NCBI GenBank assembly: GCA_045646905.1
Contig: JAZRLP010000022.1
Location: 37,627-101,626 of the forward strand
Length of the DNA stretch: 64,000 bases
Source: Muribaculaceae bacterium
Lineage (GTDB): Bacteria > Bacteroidota > Bacteroidia > Bacteroidales > Muribaculaceae
Reading direction: 5' to 3'
Below are positions 35,813 through 43,696 of the stretch, one piece after another. The position numbers and the translations under genes are program-made. The notes beneath the pieces are model-generated. The model searched no databases, was not told where the DNA came from, and worked only from the letters and a program-made list of their open reading frames with translations. Position 1 is the first letter of the stretch, and every line of letters begins with the position of its first letter.

Positions 35813-36659
35813 AAATATTGCTCAATGGATGAATAAAATGGGAAGTTCGATGATGAGTGCAGTGAAACTCATCTTGAAATCTCATCGAAGCACCATTTCA
35901 AAGGTTGATAATGCCAGTAAAGAGCCGTTGATAATTATGGGCAATGGCCCATCTCTCAATGACACAATAGCAAAATATGGCGATTTGTTGCGCCAATCAA
36001 ATACTTTAGCTGTGAACTTCGCAGCAAATGCCCCTCAATTTTGGGATTTGAACCCTCGTTTTTATGTTTTGGCCGATCCTCATTTCTTTTGTGCGAAAGA
36101 TAATGTAAATGTCGTTAAACTTTATGATAGTTTGGCGCGTGTTGATTGGGCAATGACATTGTTTGTGCCATTTGATGCTAAAAAATACAAGTTTAAGATT
36201 GAAAATGACAATATCAAAGTCGAATATTTCAATTTTATAGCCGTTGAGGGCTTTGATTGGGTTGAAAATTGGGCTTATTCAACAGGCAGAGGTATGCCTC
36301 GCCCTCGCAATGTATTAATCCCCTCTATAATGGTTGCGTTGAAAATGGGGTGGAAAGATATTTATATTGCTGGTGCCGATCATTCGTGGACAAAAACATT
36401 GTCGGTAAATGAAAATAATGAGGTGATTTCTATTCAGCCTCACTTTTATAAAGAAGATGAGAATGAAGAAAAGCGCATAAAGGTTGATTACTTAAAATAT
36501 CCGTTACATCAAATTATCAATAGTTTCTATATTGCATTTAAAGCATATCACAATATTAAGCGTTATGCTATGCACAAAGGGGTGAATATATATAATGTTA
36601 CTCCCGATAGCTTTATAGATGCTTTCCCTCGTGCCGATTTGGGTAGGCTGATGCGTTAA
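35796..36659 (+). CDS. DUF115/MptE-like (Maf-type) or GT42-like putative glycosyltransferase
   Basis: 287 aa with an IIMGNGPSLND motif, as in DUF115/Maf and CstII-type sialyltransferases. It is the last gene of the glycosylation operon. Confidence 0.45.
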   Translation: MKIASENIAQWMNKMGSSMMSAVKLILKSHRSTISKVDNASKEPLIIMGNGPSLNDTIAKYGDLLRQSNTLAVNFAANAPQFWDLNPRFYVLADPHFFCAKDNVNVVKLYDSLARVDWAMTLFVPFDAKKYKFKIENDNIKVEYFNFIAVEGFDWVENWAYSTGRGMPRPRNVLIPSIMVALKMGWKDIYIAGADHSWTKTLSVNENNEVISIQPHFYKEDENEEKRIKVDYLKYPLHQIINSFYIAFKAYHNIKRYAMHKGVNIYNVTPDSFIDAFPRADLGRLMR

Positions 36660-36699
36660 TTTTGCGTATTGCCCATATCACTTTTGCAGAAAACATTAT

Positions 36700-36741
36700 T
36701 ATATAAAATAAAAGAAGCCTTCCTTCACAGGTTGGCTTCTT
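36700..36741 (-). terminator. rho-independent terminator (better on the minus strand)
   Basis: Stem AAGAAGCC/GGCTTCTT. The minus strand continues TTTTATTTTAT. Confidence 0.7.
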
Positions 36742-36920
36742 TATGTTTCTTGGATTCCCAAGTTAAACAAACCTAACATAAAACACGATTATCAATTTTT
36801 GCTTTTTCCAAATGATGCTAAACGCATCTTAAATCTAACATTAAATACTAACCCTAAAAATTATTCCCTAATATATTATATCTTTACAATGCCTATTCCT
36901 TTAGGCTAATTAATTATTTT
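36700..36920 (-). ncRNA. candidate small RNA, copy A (promoter-to-terminator unit, paralog of 44598..44765)
   Basis: Has a -7 box at 36927..36934, a terminator at 36700..36741, only 7-12 codon ATG ORFs, and conserved blocks plus a compensatory hairpin shared with copy B. Confidence 0.3.
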
Positions 36921-36926
36921 ACATTG

Positions 36927-36934
36927 CAAATTTA
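36927..36934 (-). promoter_or_regulatory. -7 promoter box TAAATTTG (minus strand) with no downstream gene
   Basis: Reverse complement of CAAATTTA. It lies in a convergent intergenic gap. Confidence 0.45.
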
Positions 36935-37124
36935 TTGCATTTAGTGGAGTGTTGAATCAAAATATAAGTATAATATAAATAGAAAATGAATTATATAATA
37001 TGTAATATTTTGTTTTTATGCGTTTTAGCGATATTGATATTTATGGTAAATATAAATGCCAATATTGAATAATTTGGTTTTTTGAGTGGTTATAAGTGAT
37101 AAAATTGCTATGAAAAAAGAGTAA

Positions 37125-37166
37125 CAAAAAAGGCAAATGGCCATGCTTAACCATTTGCCTTTTTTG
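37125..37166. terminator. bidirectional rho-independent terminator downstream of the Crp/Fnr gene
   Basis: AAAAAAGGCAAATGG ... CCATTTGCCTTTTTT. Confidence 0.85.
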
Positions 37167-37185
37167 TTATATTAAATGAACTTTA

Positions 37186-37860
37186 TTAACGAATTAATTT
37201 TACTAAATCGGGACGAGAGATTACACTAATTTCATTTTGAGTATAATCAATGATTCCGCGTTGCTTCATAGATTCAAGAGTTGCGAAGAACGATGTGCGT
37301 TGCACCCCAAAGAGGGAGTAAAGATCGCGTTGTCGGCAAGATATTTTGATATCACTTCCACTACTTTGTGTAAGTGCTATAATCCAGAACGCAATGCGTT
37401 CTTCAAGATTACCCGATGATAGAGCAAGGATGCCGTCAACCGATTTTTGAGCGTTCATCGATAATATATTCATAAAGTTATATAGGAATATATGGTCGCG
37501 ATTAAGGATGGTTATGTAATCGTTTTTTGATATTTGTAAAATGCTCACATCGGTTATTGCTTCGACAGTACATGGATAATTGGTGGCAAGTCCAAATAGG
37601 AACTCTGGGGCTATGACATTGGGGGCCGATAATGTTTGAGAAACTTTAAAACGATCAGATGCGTTTGCTATAGTTGAACGCACTTGCCCTGAGATAACAA
37701 ACTTTATGTGTGTACAAGGTTCGCCCGATGTAATTAATCGCTCACCTGCAAGGTATTTCAAAAAATGGAACTTCGCTTTTCCCACAATGTCGGAAATGCG
37801 TTCAGTTGTAGCTCCATTAAACAACGGTAAGCCTTTGAGGATTTCATACATACTATCCAT
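37186..37860 (-). CDS. Crp/Fnr family transcriptional regulator
   Basis: 224 aa with an N-terminal cNMP-binding-like beta-roll and a C-terminal HTH (RQRDLYSLFGVQRTSFFATLESMKQRGII). Confidence 0.82.
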   Translation of the reverse strand: MDSMYEILKGLPLFNGATTERISDIVGKAKFHFLKYLAGERLITSGEPCTHIKFVISGQVRSTIANASDRFKVSQTLSAPNVIAPEFLFGLATNYPCTVEAITDVSILQISKNDYITILNRDHIFLYNFMNILSMNAQKSVDGILALSSGNLEERIAFWIIALTQSSGSDIKISCRQRDLYSLFGVQRTSFFATLESMKQRGIIDYTQNEISVISRPDLVKLIR

Positions 37861-37886
37861 AACTATCCATTTTTTCTATTATAACG

Positions 37887-37894
37887 CAAATATA
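37887..37894 (-). promoter_or_regulatory. -7 promoter box TATATTTG (minus strand) upstream of the Crp/Fnr gene
   Basis: Reverse complement of CAAATATA. Confidence 0.45.
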
Positions 37895-37931
37895 GGTGTA
37901 AAGTTTTTATGGCCAAAATCTTAAGTGTAAT

Positions 37932-38858
37932 TTAAATTTTTTTACAATTCCTGCCCCGATTATATACCTGGGCTGAATTGATTATATTTTGCCACGCAAT
38001 GTATGTTGCAGGACCTACTGATGCAAGAGGGTGCAACCATGTAAGAGTCATCCATATTGCAAGAATAGTGTTCTTTTGCCCCAATCCTTGTGCGCCTGCT
38101 ACTTTATCGCCATATTTTGCACCTATCTTGCGTCCAATCCAAAATTGGAATACACACACCACTGCTGCTCCTATCCCTATAATTATCATCGATGGTATCT
38201 CTTCTCGAGGCTCGTTGATAATGAAACTCATAGCTCGGCCAACGACAATAAACAATGCTATTGCCCATAAATAAAACGATACGCTGTGATGATTAGCAAT
38301 CGCCTTATTCAATTTAGGGGTGACGCGTTGTAAAATGAAGGCAATTAGCATGGGTAAAATCAATAAGGGCGCAACCTTTTTAAGAATTGATAGCCCAGCG
38401 TCAATTGTTGCTGGTAGGGATATCTCTGCACTGGTTGAAGTGAATTTAGCAAATAATAAAGGTGCAATAATGGCAACGGCAATATTGCTCATAATTGAAA
38501 ATGTTGTCACACGCGATACACTACCGCCAAGCATCCCAGTTACCACAGGTGCAGCAGAGGCTGTTGGGCATAGGAAACATATCATAATGCCTTGTGCTAC
38601 CACTTCATTAAATGGAGCTATTATAAAATATGAGATTAAAGCTCCACCAATTTGAACAAGAAGCAGCCACCACGACATGTGTTCAACCTTAAATTCGCGA
38701 GGCTTTACCTTGCAAAAGGTTATGACCAGCATGGCAAATATGAGGTAGGGGGTGATAAAAGAGACTTTGTCGAGTGTTTCGTGTAGAACTACACCACCTA
38801 TCATTGCGATGGGTAGCATCCATTGTTTTAACTTTTTACGAAATTCAGCACCATTCAT
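37932..38858 (-). CDS. bile acid:sodium symporter (BASS/SBF-like) family transporter
   Basis: 308 aa with about 9-10 TM segments and family-like segments (FLCPTASAAPVVTGMLGG). Confidence 0.65.
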   Translation of the reverse strand: MNGAEFRKKLKQWMLPIAMIGGVVLHETLDKVSFITPYLIFAMLVITFCKVKPREFKVEHMSWWLLLVQIGGALISYFIIAPFNEVVAQGIMICFLCPTASAAPVVTGMLGGSVSRVTTFSIMSNIAVAIIAPLLFAKFTSTSAEISLPATIDAGLSILKKVAPLLILPMLIAFILQRVTPKLNKAIANHHSVSFYLWAIALFIVVGRAMSFIINEPREEIPSMIIIGIGAAVVCVFQFWIGRKIGAKYGDKVAGAQGLGQKNTILAIWMTLTWLHPLASVGPATYIAWQNIINSAQVYNRGRNCKKI

Positions 38859-38862
38859 GGTG

Positions 38863-38870
38863 CAAAGTTA
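38863..38870 (-). promoter_or_regulatory. -7 promoter box TAACTTTG 4 nt from the transporter ATG
   Basis: Minus strand reads TAACTTTG-CACC-ATG. Confidence 0.5.
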
Positions 38871-38991
38871 CGCAATAAAGTTGAGAATTAACAATTGCCC
38901 TCACAACGAGATTAATCTTGATTAATAAAGAAGATGAGCATCGGCATGTATTTTTTTATTGCATTAATACTCAATATTCAATTATTTATTA

Positions 38992-38999
38992 TAACTTTG
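38992..38999 (+). promoter_or_regulatory. -7 promoter box TAACTTTG driving riboswitch 1
   Basis: Matches TAnnTTTG just upstream of the aptamer. Confidence 0.55.
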
Positions 39000-39001
39000 C
39001 G

Positions 39002-39140
39002 ATGAAATATTCGGGAAACATGTGAGAATCATGTACTGTCGCGCAACTGTGTAGATGTCAAATCGTTGACTCAAAGTCAGGAACCGAAGTGGTTGAGAAT
39101 CCACTATTAGTCGCTTTCGCTCGAAAAGTGTGGCTAAATT
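39002..39140 (+). promoter_or_regulatory. cobalamin (B12) riboswitch aptamer, copy 1
   Basis: Has GGGAAACATGTGAGAATCATGTACTGTCGCGCAACTGT and the B12-box-like AGTCAGGAACCGAAGTGG, ending ...TAGTCGCTTTCGCTCGAAAAGTG. It lies upstream of the TonB-dependent receptor and is near-identical in its cores to copy 2. Confidence 0.85.
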
Positions 39141-39245
39141 ACATGGCTGGTTTCTGAAATTCTTCAGGTTTTGCTCGGTAATTGTCAATATTCGCTTTAA
39201 GGGTGGGCGTAGAAAATGAATGACAATTAAACTGGGTAATTTTTT

Positions 39246-41258
39246 TTGCTACAAAGGTTATACATATTATTTCTTATCACAGTTTCAATATTGCCGAGTT
39301 ATGCTTCGGAAATTGATGCTGAGATGCTTGACACTCTTTCGTTGAGCGAAATAACTATTACCGAAAGTCGAAGAAAAGAGATTATCAGTTCGCAACGACT
39401 CGACGGAGAAATGCTAAAAAGTCTCAATTCGCAGTCGGTGGCCGATGCTTTGCGATATTTTTCGGGCATACAGGTTAAAGACTTCGGCGGAGTGGGTGGC
39501 ATAAAAACGATTAATATTCGTTCTATGGGGTCGCATCATGTAGGGGTGTTCTATGACGGAATTCAACTTGGAAATGCTCAAAATGGACAAATAGATTTAG
39601 GCCGTTATTCGCTTGATAATATTGAGGAAATAAATCTATATAACGGGCAAAAAAGCAATATTTTTCAGAGCGCCAAAGACTTTGGTTCATCGGGGACAAT
39701 CTACTTGCGCACACGCCGTCCGCGATGGAGTGGTGATGAAAAGTTTCATCTCATGGCCCAATTAAAAGCTGGCAGTTTTGGACTCATAAACCCAGAGGTG
39801 GTGTGGGAACAACGATTGAGTGATAGGATTAGTCTTTCGGCAAGTGCTTCATATACAAATGCTAACGGTGAATATGATTTTTGTTATCGTCGTCTAAATC
39901 TCGATGGGTCGGTGGCTTATGATACAACAGCAACGCGTCATAATAGCGATATTGAGGCTTTTCGTGCCGAGGTTTCGGCCTTCGGATTTTTAGATAAAGG
40001 GCAGTGGTGTGGGAAGGTGTATTATTATGACTCGGAAAGAGGAATTCCCGGAGCTATCGTGAATAATGTGTTTCGCAATGGAGAACGGCAATGGGATCGT
40101 AATCTATTTGCTCAAGGCAGTTTTGAATACTCATTTTCACCACGATATCAAATGAAAGGTAGTGCCAAGTGGGCATGGGATTATATGCGTTTTCTTCGCG
40201 ACGACCCCAAGGAACTTTATATTGATAATAACTATTACCAACAAGAGGCATACCTATCGGTGGCAAATGTGTTTCATGTTAATTCGTGGTGGGATTTGTC
40301 GGCGAGTGTTGATGCTCAATGGAATACGATGAACGCCGATTTGAATAATTTCATGTATCCAACCCGTTGGTCGCAATATGTGTCGGTTGCAACGGCATTT
40401 AAACATAAAGGATTGAGTGCGCAAGCGAGTGTTTTAGGTACATTTATACAAGATTGTACGGGAAATGACTATGTGGGAGGCAGTTCTACAATCTTCCGCG
40501 ATGAGTTTACGCCGGCATTATTCCTCTCTTGGCAACCATTATCAACAAGCCAATGGAGCGTTAATGGATTTGTAAAAAAGGCTTTTCGCATGCCCACTTT
40601 TAACGATTTGTACTATACCGAGGTGGGGAATAAAGATTTAGAACCTGAATATACATGGCAATATAGTATAGGAAGTGAGTATAAAAAAAGTATCAATCAC
40701 GCGATATTTAAAGCATTCTCAATCAAGGGCGATGCTTATTATAATAAAGTGACAAATAAGATTGTTGCATATCCAGCTGGTCAGCAATTTCGTTGGACAA
40801 TGCTTAATCTTGGACTTGTTGAGATTTGGGGCGTAGAATTGTCGGCCGAATCGGTAATGAAATTTGGCAATGTTGATGGCGCTTTGCGTTTAAACTATAC
40901 CTATCAAAAGGCTTGCGACTTTACCGACCGTGATGATTCGTATTATGGCGACCAAATTCCGTATATACCTCTTCATTCGGGGTCGGTGGCAGGTCGAATA
41001 TCTTGGAGAGGTTGGGACTTGAATTATAGTTTTATATATACTGGAGAGCGTTATAATGCTCAAGAGAATATACCACAAAATTATGAGCAACCATGGTACA
41101 CCCACGACGCATCATTGGTGTGGAATTTTTTATTGAAATCGGTTAAGTGTCGAGTGGGGCTTGAGGTAAATAATATTTTCAATCAAGATTATGAGGTGAT
41201 ACTCAATTACCCCATGCCTGGTCGAAATTATAAAGTGACATTAAAAGTAAACATATAA
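39246..41258 (+). CDS. TonB-dependent receptor, BtuB-like (riboswitch-controlled)
   Basis: 670 aa with a signal peptide, a plug domain (ITITESRR..., VADALRYFSGIQVKDFGG, IRSMGSHHVGVFYDGIQL) and a beta-barrel ending in an aromatic-rich C-terminus. TTG start. Confidence 0.85.
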   Translation: MLQRLYILFLITVSILPSYASEIDAEMLDTLSLSEITITESRRKEIISSQRLDGEMLKSLNSQSVADALRYFSGIQVKDFGGVGGIKTINIRSMGSHHVGVFYDGIQLGNAQNGQIDLGRYSLDNIEEINLYNGQKSNIFQSAKDFGSSGTIYLRTRRPRWSGDEKFHLMAQLKAGSFGLINPEVVWEQRLSDRISLSASASYTNANGEYDFCYRRLNLDGSVAYDTTATRHNSDIEAFRAEVSAFGFLDKGQWCGKVYYYDSERGIPGAIVNNVFRNGERQWDRNLFAQGSFEYSFSPRYQMKGSAKWAWDYMRFLRDDPKELYIDNNYYQQEAYLSVANVFHVNSWWDLSASVDAQWNTMNADLNNFMYPTRWSQYVSVATAFKHKGLSAQASVLGTFIQDCTGNDYVGGSSTIFRDEFTPALFLSWQPLSTSQWSVNGFVKKAFRMPTFNDLYYTEVGNKDLEPEYTWQYSIGSEYKKSINHAIFKAFSIKGDAYYNKVTNKIVAYPAGQQFRWTMLNLGLVEIWGVELSAESVMKFGNVDGALRLNYTYQKACDFTDRDDSYYGDQIPYIPLHSGSVAGRISWRGWDLNYSFIYTGERYNAQENIPQNYEQPWYTHDASLVWNFLLKSVKCRVGLEVNNIFNQDYEVILNYPMPGRNYKVTLKVNI

Positions 41259-41261
41259 GAT

Positions 41262-42194
41262 ATGATACAAAAAGGCAAATATGTTGTGGTGGCAATGGTC
41301 GCATTCTTATCGGCGGCTTGTGCCGATGATGAAAAAGGTGGCGATATACCTCAACCAACGCCCCCAACAATGCAACATGAACGATTGAAAGTTGAGGTTG
41401 TTGACTATTCGCCCGCACCAGGACAGTTTGTTAATGAGATACCCGAATACGAAGTGGGTGATAATCGTGAGACGATGAATGCAAAAGCAACAGAATCGCT
41501 TAGCAATGGTGATATGATATCGTTAGGTGCGTGGGGGGGGAGCGTAACCATAAAGCTACCTCAATCGCTTCCCAATGTCGATGGCGTGGCCGACTTTAGA
41601 GTGGTAGGCAATGCTGTCTATGCCAATGATGCCTCAAATTCAATACGCATCGGTTCGCCCGAGCCTGGTATTGTGTTGGTGATGCGTGATGACAATGCAA
41701 ATGGCCAGCCCGATGATACATGGTATGAACTCCGAGGAAATCAAACATTTAATAGCATCGTTGATTATCAAGTGACATATTATCGACCATCGGCATCGGC
41801 TACTGATAGCGAATATATCGCATGGAAAGCAACAAATGGTGATGCAGGTTACCTAAATCGTACAATCGAACATCAGCAGGATTATTTCCCAATGTGGATA
41901 GAAGGTGTTGAGGAAATGTCGTTTGAGGGGCGTCGATTGCCTGATAATGGGGCGTTTAATCCTGAAACAAATAAGTTTGATCTTTCGTGCTATGATGGTT
42001 ATGCCGATTCGCATCCTAATAATGTTGTGGCATCTTGTCTTGATATCGATAACGCTATAGATGAGTGGGGAAATCCGTGTAAACTCAAATCTATTGATTT
42101 TATAAAAATATATACTGGAGTATTGCAAGCAAATGGTCCTCTTGGAGAATGCTCAACCGAAGTGGCTGCTGTAGAACAAATTGTATTTAAATGA
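41262..42194 (+). CDS. hypothetical surface lipoprotein of the B12 uptake locus
   Basis: 310 aa with a lipobox (FLSAACADD). It is tightly linked between the receptor and the beta-propeller lipoprotein. Confidence 0.6.
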   Translation: MIQKGKYVVVAMVAFLSAACADDEKGGDIPQPTPPTMQHERLKVEVVDYSPAPGQFVNEIPEYEVGDNRETMNAKATESLSNGDMISLGAWGGSVTIKLPQSLPNVDGVADFRVVGNAVYANDASNSIRIGSPEPGIVLVMRDDNANGQPDDTWYELRGNQTFNSIVDYQVTYYRPSASATDSEYIAWKATNGDAGYLNRTIEHQQDYFPMWIEGVEEMSFEGRRLPDNGAFNPETNKFDLSCYDGYADSHPNNVVASCLDIDNAIDEWGNPCKLKSIDFIKIYTGVLQANGPLGECSTEVAAVEQIVFK

Positions 42195-43327
42195 TGCGTG
42201 CTATAAGTTACATATTAACATTGTTAATGTTGTTGCCTCTTGTGGGGTGTCGTGAGGAAATATATATATTCCCATCGACTTCTACCGAGGTCGAATCGCC
42301 TCGCATCACTGGAGTAGATGGGTTTTATCTCATCAATGAGGGAAACATGGGGTCAAATAAAGCAACGCTCGACTATTTTGATGAAACTACTGGTGTGTAT
42401 CATAAGAATATCTATGCCGAGCGCAATCCCAATGTAGTTAAGGAGTTGGGCGATGTGGGCAATGATGTTGAAATTTATGGATCGAAACTGTATGCAGTAA
42501 TCAATTGTTCGCATAAAGTGGAGGTTATGAATGTAACCGATGCTAAATCAATAGCACGCATTGATGTGCCTAATTGTCGCTATGTGATAGGCTATGGACG
42601 CCATGTGTATGTGAGTAGTTATGTGTCGCCAGTGCAAGATGACCCGAAAGCTCCATTAGGCGCAATTTTTAAGATTGATACCACAACAATGAAAATCGTT
42701 GATAGGGTAGATGTGGGGTATCAACCCGAGGAGATGGCAATATCAAATGGTAAAATATATATTGCAAATTCAGGCGGATATCGTGCACCTAACTATGATC
42801 GCACAGTGTCGGTGGTAGATATACGGTCGTTTGAGGTGATTAAAGATATTGATGTGGCAATAAATCTTCATCGAGTGAAGCGTGATAAGAGTGGAATGAT
42901 ATATGTGTCATCGCGTGGCGACAATGCATTGGTTCCTTCAAGTCTCTATGTTATAGATTCTTCATTAGATAAAGTTGTAGCCGAAGTGAATACTCCTATA
43001 AGTGACATGTGGATTCATGGCGACTCGGCTTATATTTATTCTTCGGCTCGAAATGAGGCTACGCATTCTACCTCGATAAGCTATTCAATCCTCGACCTCA
43101 ATACATTGAGAGTGGTAGATGATAAGATTATAAAGGACGGCACCGATGTTAATATTAAAATGCCTCATGGGATTGCTGTTCACCCAGTTACGGGTGAAAT
43201 TTATATTACCGATGCACGCAATTATGTCTCATCGGGACGCATTCATTGTTATACCCCCGAGGGTGTTTTGAAATGGACTCAAACTACAGGAGAAATACCT
43301 TCGCAATTTGCTTTTAAAGTGAGATGA
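42191..43327 (+). CDS. beta-propeller (YncE/DUF5074-like) lipoprotein, possible BtuG-type B12-capturing protein
   Basis: 378 aa with a lipobox (LPLVGCREE). Has repeated blade-like segments (..YV.....V.VID...) and sits in a BtuB-adjacent position, as described for Bacteroides BtuG. Confidence 0.5.
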   Translation: MMRAISYILTLLMLLPLVGCREEIYIFPSTSTEVESPRITGVDGFYLINEGNMGSNKATLDYFDETTGVYHKNIYAERNPNVVKELGDVGNDVEIYGSKLYAVINCSHKVEVMNVTDAKSIARIDVPNCRYVIGYGRHVYVSSYVSPVQDDPKAPLGAIFKIDTTTMKIVDRVDVGYQPEEMAISNGKIYIANSGGYRAPNYDRTVSVVDIRSFEVIKDIDVAINLHRVKRDKSGMIYVSSRGDNALVPSSLYVIDSSLDKVVAEVNTPISDMWIHGDSAYIYSSARNEATHSTSISYSILDLNTLRVVDDKIIKDGTDVNIKMPHGIAVHPVTGEIYITDARNYVSSGRIHCYTPEGVLKWTQTTGEIPSQFAFKVR

Positions 43328-43401
43328 GAATTGTCTTATTTTATTTAGAAAAAGATAGCGAAAAAGTATAAAAATAATTTTAAATTTAAAGAGATATTTA
43401 G

Positions 43402-43409
43402 TAAATTTG
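43402..43409 (+). promoter_or_regulatory. -7 promoter box TAAATTTG driving riboswitch 2
   Basis: Matches TAnnTTTG just upstream of the aptamer. Confidence 0.55.
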
Positions 43410-43411
43410 TA

Positions 43412-43565
43412 AAGAAATAATCGGGAAACGTGTGAGAATCACGTACTGTCGCGCAACTGTGAATATTATCCTCGCGCTATATGCATCGAAGTGGTAATAA
43501 AGTCAGATACCGAGGTGGTTGAGATCCCACCATTAGTCGCTTTCGCACGAAAAGTGAGGCTATGC
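43412..43565 (+). promoter_or_regulatory. cobalamin (B12) riboswitch aptamer, copy 2
   Basis: Has GGGAAACGTGTGAGAATCACGTACTGTCGCGCAACTGT and AGTCAGATACCGAGGTGG, ending ...TAGTCGCTTTCGCACGAAAAGTG. Confidence 0.85.
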
Positions 43566-43624
43566 ATAAATAATAGGGTAGTTTCAGCGTAGATGAATTA
43601 ATCTCAAAAAAAACTATCAATGCT

Positions 43625-43678
43625 TGTCAAACATTTCGGCCACGGCGATGAAATGATTGACATTTTTTTTATTATTAA
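43625..43678 (+). terminator. riboswitch 2 expression-platform terminator
   Basis: TGTCAAACATTTCGGCC..GCGATGAAATGATTGACA hairpin followed by T8, 19 nt before ATG 43697. Confidence 0.7.
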
Positions 43679-43696
43679 CTTTAAATATATTTTGAG

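Noticed and set aside
36745-36940. The idea that the orphan minus-strand promoters (here and at 44772..44779) are Bacteroides-type invertible promoters caught in the OFF orientation
   Set aside because: I found no flanking inverted repeats. In both places, flipping the segment would aim the promoter into the 3' end of a convergent gene (antisense), not into a gene start. No recombinase gene is nearby.
43426-43442. TGTGAGAATCACG (and TGTGAGAATCATG at 39020..39032) as possible CRP/FNR-type sites for the nearby Crp/Fnr regulator
   Set aside because: The half-site spacing (N3) does not fit TGTGA-N6-TCACA or TTGAT-N4-ATCAA. Both occurrences are the conserved P-stem of the cobalamin riboswitch aptamers.
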